Shown here one piece after another: positions 57,482 to 64,000 of a DNA stretch of 64,000 nucleotides. Made by a program: the position numbers and the translations under genes. The notes under the pieces were generated by a model. That model ran no database searches and was not told the origin of the DNA. It worked only from the letters and a program-made list of their open reading frames with translations. The stretch comes from Patescibacteria group bacterium. Its GTDB lineage: Bacteria > Patescibacteriota > Patescibacteriia > Patescibacteriales > JBAZCA01. The stretch lies in NCBI GenBank assembly GCA_041671125.1, contig JBAZCA010000004.1, positions 23,029-87,028 of the forward strand, in the 5' to 3' direction. How positions within the stretch are numbered: the first letter of the stretch is position 1; each line of letters begins with the position of its first letter.

Positions 57482-60109
57482 ATGGCTAAATACAATCACA
57501 AAGAAATTGAACCGAAATGGCGAAAGAATTGGGATGAGTCGGGAATTTATAAAACTGGAGAAGGTAAGGACAAGCCCAAATACTATATCCTGGACATGTT
57601 TCCGTATCCTTCGGGCGCCGGGCTGCATGTCGGCCACCCCAAAGGCTACATTGCTACGGATGTGTATGGAAGAATGAGGATGATGCAGGGGTATAATGTC
57701 TTGCACCCAATGGGCTGGGACGCGTTCGGCCTGCCGGCCGAGAATTTTGCCCTCGCGAACAAAGTCCATCCGCGGATAGCGACGGAAAAAAATATCGCCA
57801 CTTTTAAAAAACAGCTCGCGCAATTAGGCTTTACTTATGACTGGGAGCGGGAAATCAATACGACTGACCCGGAATTTTATAAATGGACCCAGTGGATATT
57901 TTTAGAAATGTTTAAACGCGGCCTGGCATACGAATCGCGCGAACCGATAAATTGGTGCCCGTCCTGCAAAACCGGCCTCGCTAACGAAGACCTTGAAAAC
58001 GGACGTTGCGAGCGTTGCGGTTCGGTCGTGGAAAAAAAGCCCATGCGGCAATGGGTTCTAAAAATCACCGCTTATGCCGAACGGATGCTGGATGACTTAG
58101 AAAAACTGCCGGACTGGGAAGAGTCTATTAAGGAAATGCAGAAGAATTGGATTGGGAAATCGGAAGGAGCAAGTATAAAATTTCCTGTCATTCTGAGTGC
58201 AGCGGAGCGGAACGAAGAATCTCGTGAAGAGACGGGATCCTTCGCTGACGCTCAGGATGACGTTAGTATTAAGGTTTTTACTACTAGACCTGATACTCTT
58301 TTCGGCGCGACTTACATGGTTTTGGCGCCGGAGCATGAATTAATTAAGAATTATGAATTAAGAATTAAGAATTATGGAGAGGTTAAAAAATACGCTGAAG
58401 ACGCGAAGAAGAAAAGCGAGATAGACCGGGCGGATGTGCAAAAAGAAAAAACCGGCGTTGAGTTAAAGGGAGTGAAGGCAATTAATCCGGTTAATAACGA
58501 GGAAATCCCGGTTTTTGTCGCCGACTATGTTTTAGCCGGTTATGGAACCGGGGCGATTATGGCGGTTCCGGGACATGACGAGCGGGATTTTGAGTTCGCG
58601 AAAAAATACGGACTGGCTATCAGGGAGGTTGTTAAAGCCGAAAAGAAAAATGACGGAGAATGTTTTAGCGGCGAAGGCGTTAGCGTTAATTCCGGGTTTT
58701 TAGACGGCCTTACGACCCCTGAAGCTAAGAAAAAAATGATTTTTTGGCTGGAAGAAAAAGGTATTGGCAAGAAATCAGTGAGTTACAAAATTAAAGACTG
58801 GGTTTTCTCAAGGCAAAGATACTGGGGAGAACCTTTTCCGCTTGCCTATTGCGAACACTGCAAAAATGCGGTTGATGACTTTATTGCCACTTCAAAAATT
58901 GACCTGGGAAAAATTAGATCCTTCGCCTCCTCCGCTGATGCGGGGTCAGCTCAGGATGACAGAGAGAGAGGCGGTTTTACTCTCGGTGAATTATTAAATC
59001 CCGGTTGGATCGGTGTTGATGAATTACCTGTTACATTGCCCGAAGTAGAACATTATGAACCGACCGGAACCGGCGAATCGCCGCTGGCGAATATTGTCGA
59101 ATGGGTGAATACTAAATGTCCGAAATGCGGGGGCGCGGCTAAGCGGGAAACCAACACCATGCCGCAGTGGGCCGGGTCGTCCTGGTATTATCTTAGGTTT
59201 GAAGATCCGAAAAATGATCAGGCTTTGGTTAATAAGGAAAAAGAAAAATACTGGTCGCCGGTGGATTTTTACGTCGGCGGAGCCGAACACGCCACCCGGC
59301 ATTTAATTTACGCCCGCTTCTGGCATAAATTTTTATACGACATCGGCGCTGTCTCTTATGACGAACCGTTTACCCGGCTCCAGCATGTCGGTTTGATATT
59401 AGCCGAAGACGGACGGAAGATGAGTAAGCGTTGGAATAACGTTATCAATCCGGATGAAATCGTTGAAAAATACGGGGCGGACGCCATGCGGGTTTATGAA
59501 ATGTTCATGGGGCCGTTTTCCCAGCCAGTAGCCTGGAATACTAACGGGCTTATTGGGGCGAGGAAATTTCTTGAACGAGTATGGAAATTGAAGTCAAAAG
59601 TCCAGAAGTCAGAGAGTCAAAAGTCCAGAAGTCAGAAGCTTGATAATTTACTTCACAAGACCATAAAAAAAGTCGGGGAAGATATTGAATCGTTTAAATT
59701 TAATACGGCCATTTCCCAGATGATGATCCTGGTTAACGAGATGACCGCGGCTGATGGCCTTAGTAAGGAACAATATCAAGCGTTACTAAAAATACTCGCG
59801 CCGTTCGCCCCGCATTTATGCGAAGAGCTTTGGACGGAAGTGAGAAGCGAGAAAGAATTGGAGAGTATATTTAATGAAGAGTGGCCGAAATATGATCCAG
59901 AGTTAATTAAGGATGAAATAATTGAACTGGTTATCCAGGTGAACGGCAAAGTTAGGGACATGATCAGCGTGGACGCGGAAGTTTCCGAAGAAGAAGCGAA
60001 GAAAATCGCTTTGGAAAGCGAGAACGTAAAAAAATGGACTAAAGGGAAAAGGGCGGAAAAAATCGTGTATGTCAAAGGAAAGCTGGTTAGTATCGTGGTT
60101 AAAGATTAG
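57482..60109 (+). CDS. leuS: Leucyl-tRNA synthetase (carrying repeat-derived in-frame segments)
   Basis: 875 aa. It has the HIGH-type motif PYPSGAGLHVGHP and the KMSKS motif KMSKRW. It also contains FTTRPDTLFGATYMVLAPEH and CP1/editing-domain features. Confidence 0.95.
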   Translation: MAKYNHKEIEPKWRKNWDESGIYKTGEGKDKPKYYILDMFPYPSGAGLHVGHPKGYIATDVYGRMRMMQGYNVLHPMGWDAFGLPAENFALANKVHPRIATEKNIATFKKQLAQLGFTYDWEREINTTDPEFYKWTQWIFLEMFKRGLAYESREPINWCPSCKTGLANEDLENGRCERCGSVVEKKPMRQWVLKITAYAERMLDDLEKLPDWEESIKEMQKNWIGKSEGASIKFPVILSAAERNEESREETGSFADAQDDVSIKVFTTRPDTLFGATYMVLAPEHELIKNYELRIKNYGEVKKYAEDAKKKSEIDRADVQKEKTGVELKGVKAINPVNNEEIPVFVADYVLAGYGTGAIMAVPGHDERDFEFAKKYGLAIREVVKAEKKNDGECFSGEGVSVNSGFLDGLTTPEAKKKMIFWLEEKGIGKKSVSYKIKDWVFSRQRYWGEPFPLAYCEHCKNAVDDFIATSKIDLGKIRSFASSADAGSAQDDRERGGFTLGELLNPGWIGVDELPVTLPEVEHYEPTGTGESPLANIVEWVNTKCPKCGGAAKRETNTMPQWAGSSWYYLRFEDPKNDQALVNKEKEKYWSPVDFYVGGAEHATRHLIYARFWHKFLYDIGAVSYDEPFTRLQHVGLILAEDGRKMSKRWNNVINPDEIVEKYGADAMRVYEMFMGPFSQPVAWNTNGLIGARKFLERVWKLKSKVQKSESQKSRSQKLDNLLHKTIKKVGEDIESFKFNTAISQMMILVNEMTAADGLSKEQYQALLKILAPFAPHLCEELWTEVRSEKELESIFNEEWPKYDPELIKDEIIELVIQVNGKVRDMISVDAEVSEEEAKKIALESENVKKWTKGKRAEKIVYVKGKLVSIVVKD
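58187..58261. repeat. GTCAT...GATGAC element copy (75 nt = 25 codons) inside the leuS reading frame
   Basis: gtcattctgagtgcagcggagcggaacgaagaatctcgtgaagagacgggatccttcgctgacgctcaggatgac is translated as VILSAAERNEESREETGSFADAQDD. Confidence 0.85.
58916..58960. repeat. Half element (AGATCCTTCGC...CTCAGGATGAC, 45 nt) inside the leuS reading frame
   Basis: agatccttcgcctcctccgctgatgcggggtcagctcaggatgac is translated as RSFASSADAGSAQDD. Confidence 0.75.
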
Positions 60110-61103
60110 CCAGAAGCCATTTTCCGTCGGGTTGTTTTTTTACGTGATAATTAACTTTGACTTTGTAGCCACCGAGAGAGAAGAAAATTTCATTGGTGTA
60201 AGTGTATTCTTCCGCCGAAGATTGGGAAAGCTTTGCGTTAAGGAGCATGTTAGCCAGCGTGAATTCCCCGTCTTTATCAAGAAAATCAACCGTGTATTTG
60301 GCTAATTTTTGGGTTTGAGGAGTAAAGTAAGAAACCGCTTCAGCTGCGTCGCCGTCTCTAATAGCTTTGGCCGCTCCGGCCATAACATCGCCAGGGCTGT
60401 TTCTTTCCGCTTCATTTTCGCAATCCGCGCAATCCGGGTTGTTTTCGTTTTCTTCCTCGGGATGATTTTCTTCAGCGCCCGAAGAGCTGGTAACTATTTT
60501 ACTAAAATTTTCATTGGTTATTCCCAGCCCCAACCTTTTAACGACAGCCAGAATATCTTCGGCATCGCTCAAAAGATATTTTTTATTGTCCAGCGGGTTT
60601 ACATACCAGGCCCGCCCTTTGTTTTCCACCTGCAGGAATATTCTGCCGGCGTTTTTCTTAGAAAAAATCGGATCCAGTACTGTTTTTTTCCGATCCAAAG
60701 GACTGTAACCATTAATAATTTCCGTTTTATCATCATAGCCATCGGAATCGGAATCGCGATTATCGGGATTGGTTCCCAGCGCGTCTTCAAGCTTATCGGG
60801 TACGCCGTCAGCGTCCCGGTCGATTATTCCGGTTTCCGCGATAAGGCCAATCGGAATTTTTTTAATGTCGGCGTCAGTAATGCCGATACCCGCCTTTTTT
60901 ATCGCTTCAAAAAAATCAGGTTGCTGGCCCAGACGGTATTTTTTTAAATTTGCGGGGTTTAAATACCAGGCCTCGCCCCTTGACTCAACCTGCAGTATGA
61001 TTCTTCCTGACAGTCTTTCAATAAAATATTCGGCGGCGGAGGTTCGGGCGATGAACCCGCCGGCTATCACTACGGGGATGATTATTATTAATACCTTTCT
61101 CAT
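60099..61103 (-). CDS. Secreted/anchored hypothetical protein with duplicated module and thrombospondin-type-3-like Ca-binding repeats
   Basis: 334 aa with an N-terminal signal/anchor. One module occurs twice: GRIILQVESRGEAWYLNPANLKKYRL...GIGITDADIKKIP and GRIFLQVENKGRAWYVNPLDNKKYLL...GLGITNENFSKI. Between the copies lies DRDADGVPDKLEDALGTNPDNRDSDSDGYDDKTE. Its 3' end overlaps leuS by 11 nt in convergent orientation. Confidence 0.6.
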   Translation of the reverse strand: MRKVLIIIIPVVIAGGFIARTSAAEYFIERLSGRIILQVESRGEAWYLNPANLKKYRLGQQPDFFEAIKKAGIGITDADIKKIPIGLIAETGIIDRDADGVPDKLEDALGTNPDNRDSDSDGYDDKTEIINGYSPLDRKKTVLDPIFSKKNAGRIFLQVENKGRAWYVNPLDNKKYLLSDAEDILAVVKRLGLGITNENFSKIVTSSSGAEENHPEEENENNPDCADCENEAERNSPGDVMAGAAKAIRDGDAAEAVSYFTPQTQKLAKYTVDFLDKDGEFTLANMLLNAKLSQSSAEEYTYTNEIFFSLGGYKVKVNYHVKKQPDGKWLLANL

Positions 61104-61159
61104 TTTATTTAATAATGCTATAATAATGGTATTAAGATGGCTATGAAAAAGCTTAAGTT

Positions 61160-61651
61160 ATGAATATTAAAAAAATACTTTTTCAATTATTAATAGCCGG
61201 GGCAGGAGTTTTTATTTTAGGTGCTGTAATTTATCTTGGGATCGGGGTGAATGATTATTTAAAATGGGTTAAGGTTAAAGCGGCAGTAGCGGAAGGAGCT
61301 TTCCCATGGCAATGCGGAGCGTTTCAAATACTCGGCGGCATGGCCGGGTGCACGGAAACGCAGTATGGCTGTACCTGTAAACTCTGCGAAGCGCTCTGCA
61401 ATGAAAGCACTTTTGTCCAGTTCGTCGGCCAGCCAGGCTGTGGCGGTATGAATTACGCCTGTATTTCCCCGGAGGTAATGCCTTCGGGTATGCCGATTCT
61501 AATGTCCAGCCAAGCGATTTTAGCGGGGACTTCTAATATGATAAGCGCCAACGGGGTAGTCGGTACTCAGTCGCTCGCGGCCCACAGGGTGGAAAAAATT
61601 CTAGATTACTTCAAGGTTATTATAGCAGGAAAGAAGGAAAGTAAAAAATAA
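61160..61651 (+). CDS. Hypothetical membrane-anchored cysteine-rich protein (8 Cys)
   Basis: 163 aa. It has an N-terminal TM helix, then WQCGAF...GCTETQYGCTCKLCEALCNES...GCGGMNYACIS. It is the first gene of a tightly packed plus-strand operon. Confidence 0.5.
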   Translation: MNIKKILFQLLIAGAGVFILGAVIYLGIGVNDYLKWVKVKAAVAEGAFPWQCGAFQILGGMAGCTETQYGCTCKLCEALCNESTFVQFVGQPGCGGMNYACISPEVMPSGMPILMSSQAILAGTSNMISANGVVGTQSLAAHRVEKILDYFKVIIAGKKESKK

Positions 61652-62620
61652 TTGAGTATGCCAATCAAAAGAAAATACCTTTATATTATTTTGCCGGTGG
61701 TTTTTATGGCTGGTATTATTTTTTTCGCGCTGAAAGATGAATCAGCAGAAGCGGCGGCCAAAGCGCTTAATTACTGCGTGGACGCGAAAAATTATTTTTA
61801 CACCAATATCGGATCTTTTGACAGGAGCCGGATAAACGAAAACGACAGAGATGAGGCCAAACTGCTTTATGAATATTACGGCCGCGACGCTAAATGCGAT
61901 ACCGGAAGCGAAGAGGAAAAAAGAATGTGCCATCTTAACCGGTTCATTTTCGGCTGGCCGGGAACATTCCGGCTGGCTGGTAATTTAATCATCCACGGCG
62001 CCAATATTTTCAATTATGGCGCTGACTCCGCCGGCCTCCATTGGATCATGAGCGGATTATATGAAGGAATAAATAACGCGATCGGATTTTCCAATAAGGA
62101 GAATAAAGTTTTGTTCGGGAGAAACGTGTTTACTGATGGGAGTTTCATAATGCCGGCTAAGGGAAATAACAGTATAGCTTTTAGCGGAAAAAATAAAGTT
62201 TCCATAAACGGGAAACAAGACGCGAGCGGGGAAGAGTTAAGTTTTTATGTTGCCACGGGGAATGTTTTATCTCTGCGCGATTCAAATCAATCAGTGGTGA
62301 GCGTAGTGCCGACCGGAGCTGAGACAGGCTTTTTAAGCGTTGGCGATTTTTTCAAAGCCGATAAAATAAGTTTCAGGGGCGAACGGCTGAAATATTGCGA
62401 CTGCGGGAACATTTCCTGCTCCTGCTCCGGAGAAGTAAAAAATTGTTCCTGCAGATGCGATAACGAAGGCAAATGCGTTTGCGAGTGCGCGGGATGCGAG
62501 TGCGCGGGATACAGCGCCGAATATAACTGCGACGAAGAGGGAGCATGTTTGCCGGTTTATAAATGCAGAGGACTCGGGAACGTCTGCGCGAAAAGCGGAG
62601 AAAAAATGATTATTAGATAA
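61652..62620 (+). CDS. Hypothetical anchored/secreted protein, paralogue A, with 16-Cys CxC-rich C-terminal tail
   Basis: 322 aa. The start abuts the upstream stop. It shares YGRDAKC and GTFRLAGNLIIHG blocks with the next gene. The tail reads YCDCGNISCSCSGEVKNCSCRCDNEGKCVCECAGCECAG... Confidence 0.55.
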   Translation: MSMPIKRKYLYIILPVVFMAGIIFFALKDESAEAAAKALNYCVDAKNYFYTNIGSFDRSRINENDRDEAKLLYEYYGRDAKCDTGSEEEKRMCHLNRFIFGWPGTFRLAGNLIIHGANIFNYGADSAGLHWIMSGLYEGINNAIGFSNKENKVLFGRNVFTDGSFIMPAKGNNSIAFSGKNKVSINGKQDASGEELSFYVATGNVLSLRDSNQSVVSVVPTGAETGFLSVGDFFKADKISFRGERLKYCDCGNISCSCSGEVKNCSCRCDNEGKCVCECAGCECAGYSAEYNCDEEGACLPVYKCRGLGNVCAKSGEKMIIR

Positions 62621-62627
62621 TTTATTC

Positions 62628-63494
62628 ATGAAAATAAGAAAATTAAAAAATTATTTTTCGGCGATTTTCCTGCTTTCTGCGGCGTTGTTATTCACTGGAG
62701 CGTATTTTTATTTTTCATTTCTGGCCGGCCGGGCCGCGGACAGCAAAGGATCGCCGGATTTTAATGATACTGAAGTAATTTATGATTACCTGGATTGCTC
62801 TGAAGGGACCTGCGGTCTTGATACTGACGGCAAAGGCAGGGATTCAAAAGCGCTTTTTAAATTTTTCGGGCGCGACGCTGACTGCCTGAATCTAAAAGTT
62901 GACTGCAAAGACTTAACGCTGGAAAAATGCAAAGAGGCGTTTAAAAACGAGTATGACGCTTGCCGGAAAAATTTCAATTACGGCCAGGCGGGTTCTTTTG
63001 AGATGGCCGGAGACCTTAAAGTCAATGGCATAAGGACATACATTGACGGCTATGATAATTTCGGCCGGCATTGGTATAAATCGGGACGGGAGAACGAGGA
63101 TACGGGACAAATAGCGCTTCTGGATAACGCCCGGGGGGTACTTTTTAGCGGCAATATTTATCTGCAGGGCAATACGGCGATTTTTGAGTACGGGCCGAAT
63201 ATCATCGGCTGGAATCTTTCCAAAGGCGAGAGAATAACTCTTGGCGAAGATGTTATGGATTTTTTCTCAAGAAACATAAAACTGGCGCGAATTGATTGGT
63301 TCGGCATGAGAGTAGAAACCGGATTGGAAGTAAAAGACATGAGAATCAATAACGGTATAAGCTGGCGGAGTAAGAAGCTTGGCTGGTCGCCGGTAATCGG
63401 CAATACGACAACTGCCGCCTATAAAGGTTCGGGTGAAAACAAGCAGATTTTTATGTATTGTGATAATGGATTACTGGACTGCCTAGAACAATAG
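62628..63494 (+). CDS. Hypothetical anchored/secreted protein, paralogue B
   Basis: 288 aa with an N-terminal TM/signal. FGRDADC and GSFEMAGDLKVNG...GRHWYKSG...VLFSGNIYLQGN align with paralogue A. Confidence 0.55.
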   Translation: MKIRKLKNYFSAIFLLSAALLFTGAYFYFSFLAGRAADSKGSPDFNDTEVIYDYLDCSEGTCGLDTDGKGRDSKALFKFFGRDADCLNLKVDCKDLTLEKCKEAFKNEYDACRKNFNYGQAGSFEMAGDLKVNGIRTYIDGYDNFGRHWYKSGRENEDTGQIALLDNARGVLFSGNIYLQGNTAIFEYGPNIIGWNLSKGERITLGEDVMDFFSRNIKLARIDWFGMRVETGLEVKDMRINNGISWRSKKLGWSPVIGNTTTAAYKGSGENKQIFMYCDNGLLDCLEQ

Positions 63495-63541
63495 TTAATG
63501 ACAAATTCAAATTTATACCGCGGAAACCGGGAAAAAAACAC

Positions 63542-64000
63542 ATGAAATTAAAATCTACAAACGGAATGTTTTCAGTAAAAATATTTTTGGGTCTTTTGTT
63601 TTTCCTGTTTTTTTTACCGTTGCGGCCGGTGTCGGCTGATTTTTTTGAATGCTACGAAACAGACTCAGACAACATTTTGGATAAATTTTTAGATTATATT
63701 TTGCCGGTTGGAAATTGCCGGGCGCCCCTCTTTCTCCAAAACCGAGGCGACGCGGTTTATAAGAGCTACGCTTTATATGAATGGGAAGAGCCCGGCTGTC
63801 CTAAAAATAATCTCACGATAAAAAACACGCGAAATTGTGGCGACAAAGATTTTCCCTGCTACTGCGATTCAAAATCCGGCAATCCCGAATACCAGTGCGG
63901 AAAAATCAAAGGCGCGGCTTACATTGACCGTCCGTTTTACTATATTTATCATGATGACGGAGATTTTGAAATCAAGGGGAACATCGGTTCAACCGGAGAT
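63542..64000 (+). CDS. Hypothetical secreted cysteine-rich protein, probable paralogue C (runs off the right window edge)
   Basis: Not in the ORF track because it is open-ended. The ATG at 63542 gives MKLKSTNGMFSVKIFLGLLFFLFFLPLRPVSADFFECYETDSDN...CGDKDFPCYCDSKSGNPEYQCGKIKG...GDFEIKGNIGSTGD. It is in frame to position 64000. Confidence 0.5.
   Translation, partial: MKLKSTNGMFSVKIFLGLLFFLFFLPLRPVSADFFECYETDSDNILDKFLDYILPVGNCRAPLFLQNRGDAVYKSYALYEWEEPGCPKNNLTIKNTRNCGDKDFPCYCDSKSGNPEYQCGKIKGAAYIDRPFYYIYHDDGDFEIKGNIGSTGD

Overview
This 64-kb window comes from a compact bacterial genome that uses the standard genetic code: TGA terminates conserved genes such as rnj and purB at the expected length. 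No rRNA genes, CRISPR array, transposase or integrase are visible. The gene content and style look like a Candidate Phyla Radiation / Patescibacteria (Parcubacteria-like) organism, but that is inference only. The supporting traits are a NusA with a charged insert, a large-type PurL with a separate PurQ, GH57 plus two GlgA, an LRR lipoprotein, a four-helix-bundle gene beside ssrA, and very short structured intergenic regions. Recognisable content: ychF (partial), greA, zupT, and an SGNH-hydrolase/acyltransferase-3 pair. It also includes a TrmH-family methyltransferase, a VanW-like protein, hsp20, an ABC-F ATPase, mtnP, apt, a MATE pump, sod, nusA, ppaC and tig. smpB and ssrA (tmRNA) are adjacent. 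A near-complete purine operon is present (purL-purQ-purF-purN-purD-HAD-purE-purM-purC-purB), followed by infC-rpmI-rplT-secG. Further genes are an ABC substrate-binding protein, rnj, tsaD, leuS, and one long minus-strand block porG-porD-porA-glgA-GH57-kinase-PHP-methyltransferase-glgA. There are six tRNA genes. Items most worth a second look: (1) An AT-rich two-gene module directly after the ssrA/tRNA cluster. Its first protein ends in what looks like a Tlde1/DUF2778-type L,D-transpeptidase-fold toxin domain, and the second is a membrane-anchored partner. (2) An operon of at least four N-terminally anchored, cysteine-rich paralogous proteins of no family I recognise. One carries a 16-Cys CxC tail with a 15-bp tandem duplication, and the operon runs off the right edge. 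(3) A GTCAT(Y)CTGAG...CTCAGRATGAC inverted-repeat element family. Compact copies are multiples of 3 nt, and one copy sits in frame inside leuS. Other palindromes or word arrays lie in frame in tsaD, purL and porA. (4) Pervasive arrays of short words (7-8 nt period) that form locus-specific hairpins in most intergenic regions. (5) A promoter-to-terminator unit likely to encode an unclassified structured small RNA. Coordinates of RNA genes, repeats and motifs were counted by hand and may be off by 1-2 nt.
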